64,000 nt of DNA from Trichoplax sp. H2 (taxonomy: Eukaryota): the NCBI GenBank assembly GCA_003344405.1, contig NOWV01000100.1, forward strand, positions 1 to 64,000. The letters run 5' to 3'. The translations under genes were made by a program, and so were the position numbers. The notes under the pieces were generated by a model. The model was given only the letters and a program-made list of their open reading frames with translations, did not search any database and was not told the DNA's origin. Below, piece after piece: positions 47,381-62,144 of the stretch. Position 1 is the first letter of the stretch; each line of letters opens with the position of its first letter.

Positions 47381-48639
47381 ACCCTTTCCTCGGATGGACG
47401 GACTTTGCATACCAGAGCCAGGCGAAAATATCGAAAAATAATTACTCAGTATGGCTCTTCCGTGTTCTGTTTTCCAAATCATTCTCATTAATTGGACCAA
47501 CATTGATGATCTAAAGTGACTACTTCAAAGCAGAGCTTACTAACACCAAATACAATACAATTTAATATGACTTTATTTAGAAAAATCAATCAATTCAGAA
47601 TCGACTGTCTACACACTAAAGTACTGTCATAATGAAGTGTTGGGCACAATTTGGTGATCAAATTTAGCTTAATGTCTGTCCGTCCAAATTTGACCTAATT
47701 TCCGGCGTTAGCCAATAACAGCAACACCCAAGAGAATAACCTTGAATTCTTGATCAAGGCCATAACAGGAAATAGGGGCTCGTCATGATGGAGTATTCGT
47801 AGAATGATACTAGAGCATAGCATCACAAAGAATATAGTTGTTAGTTTCAATTAGGACGTGGATCACCAAACATACTAACGGTTAGCAGTTTCACTATCGT
47901 CTTTCACCATAAGAATAATAACAGAAACCGAGAAACGAATTCTTGATGTCCATGGTCAGGACTAGGAATTATTAATTTGTTCAACTCATGACCCCCGTGA
48001 AGGTGTTAAGGGATATTTGATATAAGGAGAGAAACAGTTATTTCACAATAAAATACCTAAACGACATCATCATCACTCAAATAAATAATTTAATATTACT
48101 TATTAATAATTATTACTATCGACTGTAAACAGGGCATCAAGTGAAAGCAATCCATATCTGTTCTAAAGCAGCCGTTAATATTAGGCGTACAAGTATGCCT
48201 TTACTATTACGACACTTAAGTTAAGTGTTCGTAGACACAAAAACTTTTAGGTATTTTCTCGAACCCTATTAGCGAGTATGCGTATTACTGATGGAGAGCG
48301 ATTTTGCTCATCGATTTAATAGTTTGTCATAATAGAAGCAATAGCTTATCTCCATTTTCTAGGTATATGCATAAGGCCAACAAAGAGTGCTACCTATTCA
48401 GTCAGTGAACAAGCAAAATTGATGCTCATCTAGGAAATATTGTTAGTGTGCAATGGAATCTATCTTCAGCTACAGTTACAAATGTGCCAACAATTGCCAT
48501 ACGATGTTAGAAATGATCCATTAAAGTTATTATAACGATAGCAGAACTACAACAACTGGCCTACATACGCGTATGCGATACCCGTATTTACTAGAATATA
48601 TTTTTTTTTTTCATGCGTGGGCAATAGCAAATTAAAATC

Positions 48640-49677
48640 ATGACAAGTAATATAAGCGGCTCTATTATCAGTCAAGGATTTTTCTATCAAGTAAAAATAT
48701 TTCGTATTGGCCTTAGTCTAGCGACTGCAGTAATTTTTACAGTTGGTTTGCTAGGAAACTTATGTGTCATAGCAACACTAACAAGGATTAGAAGAAATAA
48801 ATATAATTCATTGATGTACTACTTAATTCTAAATTTAGGCATATATGACATTTTAGTCATTTTAATTATATTGCCAACATTTACGGTTCGAAATTTAAAA
48901 TTTTTTTGGCCCTTCGGCTCACTTTTATGCTATTTACTAAATAACTTAGCCGTTTTATTAACGATCGGCTCAATTGCAACGATGGTAGCTATCGCCATGG
49001 ATCGCTACTGGGTTGTACTATACGCTGCAAGTCCAGTTCGTCGACAAATACCGAAAAAGGTTGTAACGGTAATCATTTTTGCCATTTCCTTCGTAGGTAC
49101 TATTCCATTTATGATATATACCGCTTACGATACCTCTCTACCGGCATTACCGCAATGTACTTTAACCTTTTCATCCAATTTGGCATCTGACGTCAAGAAA
49201 TTACAGGTTTTCTCTGCAATTACTTTTGGAATGCTTTTTGTAGCCCCTCTATTTATAGTCAGTGTGATATATTATCGCTTACTCATTATTCTGCGGCGAC
49301 GATCTAGGAATAGCGATGAAAGAATATCTCAAACCTACATTAAGGCTACAAGAAAAACCATCAAAATGGCTATACTGGTCAATATGATGTTTATAATGTG
49401 CTGGATACCATGGTATATGTGCCTCCTCACTTCACTTTACTACAAAAATTTGCCATTAACTCTTTATTTAAACTATTATATCATACTGACAGCTGCAAAC
49501 ACCATCACTTTCTGCCATAGTGCTATAAATCCTATAATATATGCTGGCTTTATGCATGACTTTCGGCAACCATTGCTACATCTCTACTTATTAATGATTC
49601 ACTTAAGGCGTTACTTCATGATCAGATTGAACATAAAATCAAGTAATAATGCAGTTAATCCATTAGACATTGAATAA
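48640..49677 (+). CDS. Single-exon class A GPCR, 345 aa, neuropeptide-receptor-like
   Basis: GLLGN, NLGIYD, WPFGSLLC, DRY, FIMCWIP, NPIIY. Confidence 0.95.
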   Translation: MTSNISGSIISQGFFYQVKIFRIGLSLATAVIFTVGLLGNLCVIATLTRIRRNKYNSLMYYLILNLGIYDILVILIILPTFTVRNLKFFWPFGSLLCYLLNNLAVLLTIGSIATMVAIAMDRYWVVLYAASPVRRQIPKKVVTVIIFAISFVGTIPFMIYTAYDTSLPALPQCTLTFSSNLASDVKKLQVFSAITFGMLFVAPLFIVSVIYYRLLIILRRRSRNSDERISQTYIKATRKTIKMAILVNMMFIMCWIPWYMCLLTSLYYKNLPLTLYLNYYIILTAANTITFCHSAINPIIYAGFMHDFRQPLLHLYLLMIHLRRYFMIRLNIKSSNNAVNPLDIE

Positions 49678-52448
49678 CAAACGATAATTATTGAACGGCT
49701 AGTAATGTCATCAATTAACAAAATCAATAATGATATGCATCTAAATCATTTATTGTAATTCTACTATTGTTAGCTGATAGCAATATCGTCAAAATAACTA
49801 ATAATTAACCTGGCTAATACAACGGTCTATCTGCGATCATTATACAAATTACGGTATTTGGTATAAAGGAATATTATAATACTAAAATAATAACGTATGA
49901 AACAGTCTACTTAATTATTATTTTTATTCACCATTTGTGGCTCATTCTTTCAATATTCCACTATATACCTACTAATATTATCTTTAAATTATAAATATAC
50001 TCTCACGGTATATTTCTCAGATGTTTATCTTAATATGCAATTATCCAGTATTATACTGCTTTAAAATAAAATCGGATACAATGTTATATTTAAATTTATC
50101 ATAAACCTTATTTCATGAAAATTGGCTAACAATACGATCATATAGCAACAAAAACAAGCGTCCTAAAATTTTCATTGAGATTATCTCTCATTTCAACAGT
50201 CAAGCTATAAGAAATCAAGTGCACTAACATAATTTATAATATATGATTTCAATTATAAAGAGTTAATATATACGCTCCATGAGCATACATAGTGTACATT
50301 ACAGAAGCTACGACTATTCATAACTAAGATAATATATATTGAATCCAGTTCTTAACTCTGACGTGAAGTTTATTACATGAAGGTTTGTTTTGATGAGTAG
50401 CTTTAAAATTTAATTACTTAATATTATAACTTCACTTCAATGACCTTCTTATAAGCTCATAATCGTAACTTCGTTGATTAGAAATCATAGATTGATTTTG
50501 ATGTTTATAAGCATAGAATTATCAATAAGCACAATTCAAATTATACTTGTTTCAAATCCATTCCGCATTTATATTAACTGAATACACGTATATCACTTTC
50601 AAGTATTAGCCAGATACCAAGTAATTCTCTGTAATTGGATATTTTGAATTTAAATTTAAATTCATAATAAAGATAGAGTCGGCTGCAAATCTTCGCTGGC
50701 GCGGCTAGTGGAAGAATATTAATTCAGATTTGGATGTCCCATATTCCGAAATGAAACACTGTCAGATTTATACATACCATATTTAAAGTTATCGTTTCTT
50801 ATTGACATTTTTACTCTAACTATCCTTTACATAAAATAAAATTGACAATTAGCAACTAAATGTTAAAGTTAATTCATTCTTTTGCTCCATGAAAGATCAG
50901 ATATAAAGTAGACAGCATTGGTCTTAGTTTGTTATAGATTGTTATACAGAGTCTTTTTCTACTAATAATTTCACAAATCAGATCGTATGCTATCATCATG
51001 CTTATAAATATACTCGTAAAGTATTTAAGAAACAGCATATCGCATCGCTTTAGATATAGTAGTACTCATTACATCAATCAACGACTTTCTCTATAGTTTT
51101 CCTTATTTACTTCTGAAATTTAATGATATACCTCATTACATGGCAATAAATATTCATAGCGTTATGCAATCTACTTTTTATGTAGCATGCCAAGCAATTA
51201 TACCATAAGCCCCAACTAAATTACTTTATTTATTATTAACAGATTATAATATTTCGAATTAACATTATGACTCTTGTTTATTCTATTTTTTAACAATGTA
51301 ACTATAAAATGCAAGTATTAGTCATCAACCCACGTACAATAATAATAAAAAACTACAACTATCAAAATACGATACAGTTTCAGCAATAATCTATATAGTT
51401 TTTATACTAAAATAAAATAAATGATAGCGTGAATACCAGTAGTATTCACTGTTACTAAAATACTAATGGACATTTCACTTTTCTATTATAATAGAAGGTG
51501 AAGCTTAGTTACTAAAGCATTTAAGTCTACATTACAATATGGTATAGCTTTTGAAGCTTTTTTAGCTACAAGACAAATGAGAATAATGATCAAATGTTTA
51601 TGACACATAGTAAATTCAATACGACCAAAATTGCCAAAGTTACCGAGAATTAATAACGTATTAATTTTAATTTTAATTTCCAGCTACGAAACGAATTTGC
51701 CAACAAGTATAATAAAGTAAACCGTAATGAAAGTCTTATAAAAGATATAAAATGCAACGGTTGCAATCCTGATATTATATTAAATTTTCTGTATGACTTG
51801 GAACACTTTGGTAAATTGCGTTGGAGTTTTGTTCACTTTAAATTTCGAAAGTCAAACTTACTTGGAAAGCACTTCAATAAACTGTCACTCCTATATATTT
51901 CCTTAAAGAGATATCGAAACTTTATACTATTTGGAAGCTTACAAATACAATAAAGAATAGTCTTAATATCGTTAAACTATAAATAATTTTCGTTTAAATT
52001 CATGAAATGGCAATTAAGTATGAAATATAACCCTGGTTTAGTAACGGTTTAGAGTTTAGAAATGAATTTAAAGAAATTTAATAAAGATAATTATAATTAT
52101 TTTTTGGACATTTATTATACACAAGAATTATTCAGAGACTAATTTACCGTACCAATAAACTAAAATTGCTTATACTGATTGTAATATCAGCCACTACCAT
52201 TGCTATGACATATGTCGAAATGATTAACTATCAAACCTAATATACACTCGATTCTAGTCAGTCAAACTCATCTGGGTTGCTGTTAGTAGTTGCCATTTCC
52301 CTGGTTGGTCTCAAATAAAGAGCAACCTAGGACTAGCAGATATCGGTCAAGTATTGATTGTTTGTGTAGAAGTTGTCCAATTAGTACATTAGTCGGAGTA
52401 CCTCGAGAATTTCCCGCATCTGCGGATGAAATAGTTCTCATACTATAC

Positions 52449-53000
52449 TGTAATGTAACTTAGTATTGTGATTGTAGACTGTTAGCCATGTTTAGTATAA
52501 CGTACGGTAAATATTTATCCTAAGAGATATTTGGTAGCCATAACTATAGATTGCAGTGGTATAGACTCTATGCTAGAGTACAGATGACTATATACAGTAA
52601 GGTCTTGAGTTACTAATAAGGCTATAGGTAAAAATAGAACTGTAAATCGTATATTGGGATATGGTTAATTTATTGTACTTTGACCGATGTGAATAATGTC
52701 GACGTAAATACTGTAGTCGTATCCATATTGGATTAATGATGGTCCGCATTAGAATAGTCTTACTAAGAATAATTTAACTATGTGTAAAATAAGGTAAAAG
52801 GTTGTCATGCGGATTGTAGCTGCGAATGCTACAATAAGTATAAAACCATGCAACTTTAGATTATTCTGTTAGTTCGTTCTAGAAATCTTTATTAGTAATA
52901 TTCGGCTAGAGTAGAGCTGTGTGTAGTTAATCTTTATATAAGATTCAATAAAGCCCTTATTTTTCTAAAATTTGGAATTTCGTGATCGGTATATATCACA
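52449..53000 (+). mobile_element. Family-A solo LTR, 552 bp
   Basis: TGT...ACA termini, full-length match to 24499-25048; flanks TATAC/AATAT are not a clean TSD. Confidence 0.9.
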
Positions 53001-53535
53001 AATATGTTAAAAATACTGAACGGTAGCACTATCATCTGCGTAATGTAATAATATCGCATATTGTCTGCTAGGATAAATCGCTTTAAGTTTATCACATTAA
53101 AGTTGAATTCATTTCGTGTAATAATTGCTTTCTTAATATATCTCTAATTTAATTGAACTTGATGTTTAAGATATCGCATGAATCGCTGCAATCGTTAAAG
53201 AAGCTAAATAGGAGAGAAAGAAAATTAGCGATCTATGGACTGGTTGATTAATAATTAATTTTGTTACGTTGAGCTTTTAGAATCCCTAAGAATTATAGTT
53301 GCTACATTACTGGCTTTAACTTACTAGACAGTAATAATCTAGCAAATTTAGCCAATTTAATTTTTTTATTCTAGATACTTATTCAATGGTCTATCTTTTT
53401 TAAATGATCGCTCACATTATTATTTACAATTTCTTTATCGATCAAACTCACAGATTGTTCTATCATCTAAGCATGTATCCTTATCCATTTAGTGTCTAAA
53501 TTTCTTGCGCAGTTAGGACTATTTGTATAGGTAGT

Positions 53536-53719
53536 TGCTACGGAGCAAAGCACCGTACTTGCTAATTAAATAGATTTTGTTAGTATTTAGCTAATGGATC
53601 ATATTTGTGTGACCGAAAGTAGTAAAGAACTACCATACAGTAGATCTCCAGGTGTGGTGGAGCAAGGCATAAGTAATCTATTAGTTTAGTGTAGTAGTTT
53701 GCAACATAAGTTTGTGACA
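53536..53719 (+). mobile_element. 184-bp TG...CA mini-element with 5-bp TSD
   Basis: GTAGT at 53531-53535 and 53720-53724; ends TTTGTGACA like family B; begins TGCTACGGAGCAAAGCACCGTA. Confidence 0.6.
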
Positions 53720-56129
53720 GTAGTACTTTAGAGCAATTTATCTATGCATACTAAGCAGACCATAAATATGTGGCATTTGCATTACAATTCATTTCTATAA
53801 AAATATTTCAAACTTATTACAAAGTACATACTACGTTCTACTTAGCCTATCTAATACCATTATTGACAACCCATATTCTATTAATTAATAATTAATGTAA
53901 TTATACCTTACGTCAACTAAATATACCGTACACATTGGCGTTACTTACCAGTAATCGCTCCATAATGCAAGTCAGGTGATTACTCTATATATTACTATTA
54001 ACATAGCACACTATTACTTGTGGATACTATTCAAGCTTTCTATAGTGAATCTAATGCAATAGATTACTGATTATTAATTTATGCTATTTAAATAATACCA
54101 ATACTCCCATGGCATTTACTTCAATTCGACGCTTGATAAACATCACTTACCCGCAGGCATCATTCGAAAACAATGTGACTTTATTTTTTATTTACAAGTC
54201 ATTTCATTATCCAGCATTATATCTTATAAGCGTCGCCCAGTAATATATCATGGGTTGGCCATAAGTCGATTCAGCAATTATATAAACTTGAATATTAATG
54301 CCAAAAAAACGAATCCTTTTTGATTATGCAACACTTTATTGCAAACAAATTCAAACAGTAGCATTTATTTTAAGAAATTGTTTGTTAGCAATAACCAAAA
54401 ATATTTACATCTTGCTCACTTATTTTCATAGGGTTGCGTAGCAATGTTGTAACCTTCCTCGAATAAATCAAAATAGTGCAAAACTAGATTCGTTGAAGGA
54501 ACTTATAAACGCTATCATGAACTAGGCCATCGAATCAAATATCAGATAATATACTATGAAATGCTACTAATTTTACTGTCACTATTTTTTAACTCACACC
54601 TTAAGCTGTGACGTTTATAACATCAATTAAAACTTATCGAGTTCACTTTAATATTTTCCACTTTTGCTTATCAATCATAGCCTCAAACTAAGTATTTATT
54701 TACTTGTAACAACCAGACGTCGTCATAATACCGCATAATTAGATAAGTATCTTTCATAGATATTTATAGGTTTTCTTGAATTTAATCCACTAGCAATAGA
54801 TTTTAAATAGAGAAATTATAAATTTTTACAAAACCACTCACAAAACAGAATATCTTTACCTAATGAAATGTAACTTAGTGCTTTTATTTACTAGTACAAA
54901 GTTGTCTCACAGTTGGATTTCTACACGATCTAAATATCAAGAGGATAGTTTAAGCTTTCCTCATTTAAATAGGTGGGTGGCCTTTCGCCAATCATCATTT
55001 AATATTGTACTTACGATAATATATCATCTTAAACAAACAGGTTGTTTTTCTCTAATATTTTACAAAGCTATTCTTTAATTATATAGCGTCTCTATTGAAT
55101 GATCACATTATATTTTGATTTCCGACTTCATTTACATGACAATACTAGGCTTGGGCTAGTTAATAAATAATTAAACCTTCTCCATCAATCAAATTTCTTC
55201 TTCTTTCTTTTAATAAATTAATGAGGTCACTGATACTTATGTCATCCAGCTATTTCTAGTGTCTATCTAATATGATTACTTACAGTAACAAGTGATTGTC
55301 GAATTGGTAGTCAAGTAAATTATGTTATGATGGTATAAAAGCATTGTTAAAAGCAAGCCATGATAGCGCACATTATTGCATTGACCAAAGGCAGTGAATA
55401 ACAAGTCAGTTAATAGAGATTGTTAATCATTTGATATTATTTAATCAAATCCGAATCAAGATTAACTTTAAGTCGATCAATCCTGAAATAGTACGACATC
55501 TTTTGTTTCATTGAAGGGGAAAGAGACTATCGTTGGCCTGTCAATACGGTAGAGGAAGTTGTAGTGTTAAAGTAAGAAATAAAAGCTTAATGAAGAAAAA
55601 ATAGAAAGATTAATGCAAGACTGAAATTAGCGAAAAAATATACAGGAAACTTTGATTACCTATCGAATAGTAACGTTCAACGGAAGTAAAATCTTCATTT
55701 TCAACGTGCTAACAACTATAAAAACCCGACAATTACATTTTCTGCTAACAGCTTAAAGGTCATCTATCAAAAGTGGACTAGCGTGATTTGTTCTCATAAA
55801 ATATAATTTAAAATATTTTTACTAAAGCCAATTCTATACCTTGGTTCACTTGACTCTATAATAGAAAGTCACTAGTCTTTGTTTGCGGTTAGGCTCGTAA
55901 AGCATCGTGAAAGCGTCTATAAAAGAATCTTAAACGATATATAATTCATTCATAAGAATTCTTTCTTATTGGTCTTAGTAGAAAGAAAGATTGGTATATA
56001 CCTATTGATACGAAGACCTTTAACCACTATTTTGTTACTAATCCAATTTGTACACTTAAACAATTTTTGCTATCGTTATTAAATTAGACTTTAATGTGAA
56101 TTTAGTGGCCGGCAACAAATTTTTTCGAC

Positions 56130-57203
56130 ATGGCCAATGTTTCTGGTAACGTAACATCTACACCTGCTGCAGTTGCTCCGCAAGTAGACCCATGGCTTGG
56201 TCTTCGCGTTGGCATCGGTACTGCTGCATGTATAGTTTTTATACTTGGATTTTTTGGTAATCTAACCATTCTCGTCACCATTATTAAAAATAAAAGAAAA
56301 GGTATGAACACCTTAATGTACTACTTGATCTGTAATTTAGCAGTCTACGACATATTAGTCATGATTATTTCGTTACCGATGACTATCGTCCAAGATTTGG
56401 CATTCTATTGGGTTTTTGGTCCAGTTTTATGCCGTATTACGCTTGGCCTACCATTTTTATTTGCAGCAGGCTCAATTACAACTATGGTAGCTATAGCTAT
56501 CGATCGTTATTTTGTTGTACTACAAGCAGCTAATCCTAACCCAAAGCAAGGCAAGAAAGGTTTAGTGACTTTGATCATTTTCATTATAGCATTTTCGTTT
56601 GCTTTGCCTTCTATTATTTACACTCAATATGATACATCAGTGCCAGGTTACCCCCAATGTGGTATCGAATTTTCAACTGATCCAAATCAGCAAATGGAGT
56701 CTTTACGAATCTATACGATTGCGATATTTGTCATCCTTTTTATCACTCCCTTACTTATTGTTGTCTGCATATACTCATTAATTTTATATGAGATACACCG
56801 ACGTAACAATAAAGCTAATCTTCACTATAATCGAGCCTATGGTAAAGCTAATCGCAAAACCATTAAAATGATGTTACTAGTATCGGTCACATTTATAATG
56901 TGTTGGATACCATTATTTATTTGCTTCTTTATTATTGCGTACGGAGCAGTAACCAACCAAACTCGTATAACTTTCTTCTTTATTTATGCTGTAAGCCATT
57001 TAGTAAGTTATTGCAACAGTGCAGCTAATCCGTTAATATACGCTGGATTTACCTCAAGATTTAGAAAATCTTTATGGTATGTGTTCTCACTTCAGATAGT
57101 AAAAGAAATCTCAGAGCACCGCTGTGGTTTGCAGTCACGAGAAACGAAGGTCATGCGATTATCAGTTAGTAAAAGACAAAAATCAGAGCACCGGCAACTT
57201 TAA
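56130..57203 (+). CDS. Single-exon class A GPCR, 357 aa, paralog of 48640-49677
   Basis: GFFGN, NLAVYD, WVFGPVLC, DRY, FIMCWIP, NSAANPLIY; shares LMYYLI, YDTS.P..PQC and RKTIKM with the neighbour. Confidence 0.95.
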   Translation: MANVSGNVTSTPAAVAPQVDPWLGLRVGIGTAACIVFILGFFGNLTILVTIIKNKRKGMNTLMYYLICNLAVYDILVMIISLPMTIVQDLAFYWVFGPVLCRITLGLPFLFAAGSITTMVAIAIDRYFVVLQAANPNPKQGKKGLVTLIIFIIAFSFALPSIIYTQYDTSVPGYPQCGIEFSTDPNQQMESLRIYTIAIFVILFITPLLIVVCIYSLILYEIHRRNNKANLHYNRAYGKANRKTIKMMLLVSVTFIMCWIPLFICFFIIAYGAVTNQTRITFFFIYAVSHLVSYCNSAANPLIYAGFTSRFRKSLWYVFSLQIVKEISEHRCGLQSRETKVMRLSVSKRQKSEHRQL

Positions 57204-60200
57204 GCCGATGATAACCTACCTATTAGTTTATATTTTTCTTATTCCTTATCTCAGTAACAAGCAAAAGTTAAATTCCGACTTTGACATTACTGATACAAAA
57301 TCATCTATTACTGATGCATATCAATGAAATATGACATCTCTAACCACATTATCAACGCAACGTCAATCGAATTCCAACATTTACTGGAACCTATATGGCT
57401 GGGTATGATGTAAATACTGTTATTTCGATGCTATTTTATGGAATAATGCAAACAATTTGTTTATCATTTAGTTCAATCTCCTATTTTAAATGCTGTACGC
57501 ATATTTAATGCTGATTGGTGATATAAATTTATCCTACAGTTCTATTATACCGTTATTTTTGTTGAAAAACTTGTACTTTTTCTGATTAGAAATCGATTAT
57601 GTAGTTATGTGCTTATATAACTTTACACAGAATTCGGTTATAAAATTGCTAGGAATTTAAAGTAGAATAGAATGTTTGGATTACATAGAAATGACAAAGC
57701 ATTTTTCAATTAATGCTAGCTACACTAGAATTCCAGTATTGAATGACTAAATGTAAGGCTAATAAATTTTGGTAATAACTAGATGGTAGCCTTTCAATAT
57801 TCATGCTAGCTGTTATTTAATGGCCTCCTTTAACTCAAAAGGCGTTAACCCTTCAATAGTTTATCTAGCCAATATATATGTAAATATATATATATGTATG
57901 CGCCATATGATCCAACTATTTTGGTTTCTATAATGAAAATGTACAATTGCATATATGCTTATAATTTTCTTTCTTATTAAAAGAAATTTGCTATAGTTAA
58001 TTTACGCAAGTCGAAAATGACATATTAATGCACAGATACTGATGGCACTTATTACCTATAGGAGGAAACTTCAACTACAAAATGTTTTCAATTCACGTTG
58101 TGAATTGATAGGACTAGAAATTTCAAAGTTTATCTATTAATAAATTTACTATCTATTATATCAATACAACGATCTTTTTAATTTAATAGGAATTATTCTC
58201 AATTATGATCATTACCATCCATAACGGCGATCAAGCATAACTTAGGAAATATATACAACATTTTCAGAAATGAGTTGCAATTAATTTATTGCTTCTAGCT
58301 TAATTTGGCATGAATTTTTTAAACATAAATTTACTGTGTACTTTTACTATTATTTCCAATTAATTCCCCAATAAATTCAGTTTTTAACTATCGCTTATTC
58401 CGTGGATTACAATAATCTTCTGATAGATAACAAGGTTCCTCACTGTAAATATAATTAAGAGCTGTAGTTTAAATTGCTATGATTTATAATGTTACAGTCT
58501 AGTTCGTATCAACAAAAGTAAAAATTTTTTATTGGTATTTGCACATGTACGAAAATTAAGTCTTCAATTTACTATTTTAATCATTTTCTATTCTGCCTTG
58601 CTCTATTATATTAAGAAGAAAAATGATTTAATAAAATGTAGTATAAAAATAAACTGAAAGCATATAAAAGTGCTGAGTTTTATTCCCAAAATCGACGTAT
58701 TTTCTTAAAAACAAATTTATATCGTTGTTAATGCAAAATATTTGCCGAATATTAAAATTTGCATCTGCAAGTCATATTCTATAATGATCCTCACACTTTT
58801 AAGATACACAAATGTATGTCCCAATGTAGAAAGGTACAGTAAATTAAAAGATTGAAGTTGACTTTTAATTAAAAATCGGAACACATAAGACATAGATTTT
58901 AACTCTATTTCTATTACATACTATACAATACCTAATTAATCTGTCATGATGGGAAATGTTATGATCTATTAATAAATAAGCGCACAATTGTACTATCAAT
59001 AGATATATATAAAGAACGATTCTATCTGGTAAAAATAAAGTCAAATACCGTCATTATAGTTCTAATACCCGGATGTCATAATTTACCGCTTCGCTAAACT
59101 TTGCGTGATATTGCTGAATCTTGCATTATTTAGCTGCCTGTGACTGTATTATCTCTGTCGGCGAAAGTATAGAAAATTTAGCTAGTATCAGTAGTATCGA
59201 TAAAAACAAAATATACAAAGGCACAATATTTTGATGCGATAATCTATTAACCTTATATAGAGAAATAATTAGAGGAACAGAATCTCTTTTTTAATAGCTG
59301 TCATTTCAGTCATTTCCACAAAAATAAGCTTATATTTTTACTTATTTAGAGTTTTATTTTTCTAATACATGCCAAGTTTTAGAGCAATGAGGCCTTAATT
59401 TCACAGACTAGTAAGTAATTAATATCTAAAAGCAATTCTTAGGAAGTATAATAGTCGGAAACTGTTATTGACATTTGAAAATTTGTTATTCAAAAGCCGA
59501 TGAGAATAAGGCAAATGAAATTTACGCATAATTACAATTACCTTCTGCTGCAAATAAAATCAAATCTTTGAACCGACATAATCAAGATAATAATATCTAT
59601 TACCGGTATTAACAATAGTATTTAGTAAAGTCAAAAACATCGAATTGGTCAGATAATTAATTTAAGTATAATAACCCTAGCGATGGACAGCTTCCTCGAA
59701 ATTAAATCTTATTGTACCTTTATTTCCTGCTAATAGCATCACAATGAATGAAAATTTCTGACATCTCTAATATTTATGAATTATACGCGTAAATGCTCAT
59801 ATGCTGAGCTAACAGGATAAGTGGACAATAAAATCTAAAATTGCCAAAGTTAGTGAACCTTAAAGTGTACGTTTTTGCCTGGCGGAATCAATTTTAGGTG
59901 AGATGAAAGTAGCTGCGCGCACAACATGGTCAATTGCCGTAGTTTTAGATTAGACTAAACTACACAAATAGCAAATATGGACAAAAAACTAAATAAGTAC
60001 TATGTATCACCTCAGTACTAATATAATAATTAATTAGTTTGATCAACAAACGAATCTTCATAAAGATCTATTAAACTGTACTACCAATAAATGAGTAGCA
60101 ATCATTATCTGAAATAATTTCTTCTACTTGCACCATGGAATTTAATCTTTTCAGACTTTAATACTATATTTGTCACGTAGTTTCAAGATTACGACATAAT

Positions 60201-61515
60201 TTAGTAAATTTAATGCCTGTTACATTACAGAATAAATTTCTGCTACATAGTGATAGTTATAATTAATGCTACCTAAAGAAGACCAATAGATCAGGTACCT
60301 TACATTAATATAATTGTCCCTTATGGTTTCATAATAAATATGATAGCTTAACCGATACCTTGTAGATTATCTGCTCTACATTGTTGGAATAGCATAGTCT
60401 TTTAGTCTATGTTGCCAAAATACCATCTAATTTGTACTTTAGGATTTAGCTTTGGTAAATACAACTGTTCTGCACGTTATATAAATTACAGCGATTTACG
60501 TTATTTATAACATAAATGACAATCTATATAAGCTGTGCTTAAATTTATCAAATAAAGTAAAATTTGATTCTTGATTGACTTTATCATATATAATGCTCTA
60601 CAAGATTTTATTTCTGATCCTTTCTTTATTCTATATGTTTACATTATTTATCTGTCATATACGGCGATTAATAGCTCTTTTTTTCCGCAGTAATTTCAGT
60701 ATTGAATAGCTACCGTTTCTATTTATCGCTTGTTCTGTGTAATTCCTAATTGGCAAATATATCATTGCATACGGTTATTACAGACTTTGTCCGATACTTA
60801 ATTCTATAAAATTCAAAATTAAAATCACTCGGTCTTCGTGGCAATCTAATCGTTTATTAAATATTCTTTACACCTGGCATGAGATAGCGTATGAATAAAA
60901 TGATAATTCATAAATAACGAGCCATAATTTTAACCATTTAGGTAGACAATTCAGCAAACCGAACTGTCTTTTGCTGATAATTAATTGTGTTAGATATTTC
61001 CACGGTGAATCTAATTGACTAAAGCTTAATTTTCATGATGCTATTTACTGTAAAAACCATATACTAGAGCCATGAAAGCATTTTAGACAATAAATTACTA
61101 TATAATTTACACGATCACACTCTAATTAATTTGTAACTGTTTGCGAAAAATAATTTAGAATTTTTAATTGGGGCCTTATTTTATTGTAAACTACCTTCAA
61201 TCTAACAGACTAATGGCCTAAAAAAATCTGTGATACATAAAAAGTTTGGCCCAGATTTACTTTTAGTGACATCATTTCATAGTTTAGTTTTAATGTTAAG
61301 TAAAATACATTATCATAATCGTTAAATTTATCGTACAAATTGACCTTTCTCACACGGTTGTATAATTTCACTTAAACTATTTTGAGCTTGCTCTGCCCCA
61401 TAGCATTAACTCTGCTAGCCTTTTTAATAAATACGAAAACGAATGCTGCCGATTTACAACATGAATAAATCAGCAGATTTGCTTATATAGTAATTATTTT
61501 AATAAAATACATCAT

Positions 61516-62144
61516 TGTGGCAGTGTTATATACTGTATAAGAGTAGAAATAGCTATGTTAGGATAATTCTGTTAGCCTATCCTTATTTAGCTAACTTCTA
61601 ATTTGGATATACTGTATTTTAATATAGCACTGACTTTTTATGACAGTAACACTTATGCACATACTGAAATTAATAGTTATAATAGTGAATGCAAATCATC
61701 TACTTACAGTTCGAATCATTGTGATTGTAATTTACTTATGGTAGATTGTAAATTATTGTGGAAATGTCCCGTGATAGGACATATCGTAATCTGACTATTC
61801 TGTATTAGTCACCAGATGTCTATGTTCGTAAATACTGTTGTCTGCATTAAGGAGCAGTAGCTATAATTAATATCTAATTCAGTAAATGATTTCAAAGTTA
61901 ATCGTACTACCTATGACTCATGAACTATAGAGGAATAGTATATAAATGTAGTAAATCGTGTAATAAAGAGAATTCTCAAACTTGGTGTTTAACGTAAAAT
62001 ACGAGGCGCCTAAGTCTTTGTGTAGTCTGCTAGTAGAGCAAAAATGTTATTGATAGAGCAGATATCGTTCCTTAATACGTGGTTCAAGGAATTGACTTAT
62101 TGATCGTATATTGCGTTATCTTGTTGCAAAGCTGTTTTGTGACA
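61516..62144 (+). mobile_element. Diverged family-B-related solo LTR, 629 bp, perfect 5-bp TSD
   Basis: TGT...GTGACA; ATCAT at 61511-61515 and 62145-62149; TATAAA near 61942 and AATAAA near 61962. The block AATAAAGAG...GTTTAACGTA...GGCGCCTAA matches the reverse complement of about 5890-5945. Confidence 0.8.

Noticed and set aside
50690-50718. Small GC-rich hairpin
   Set aside because: Single occurrence with no resemblance to a tRNA or other known RNA.
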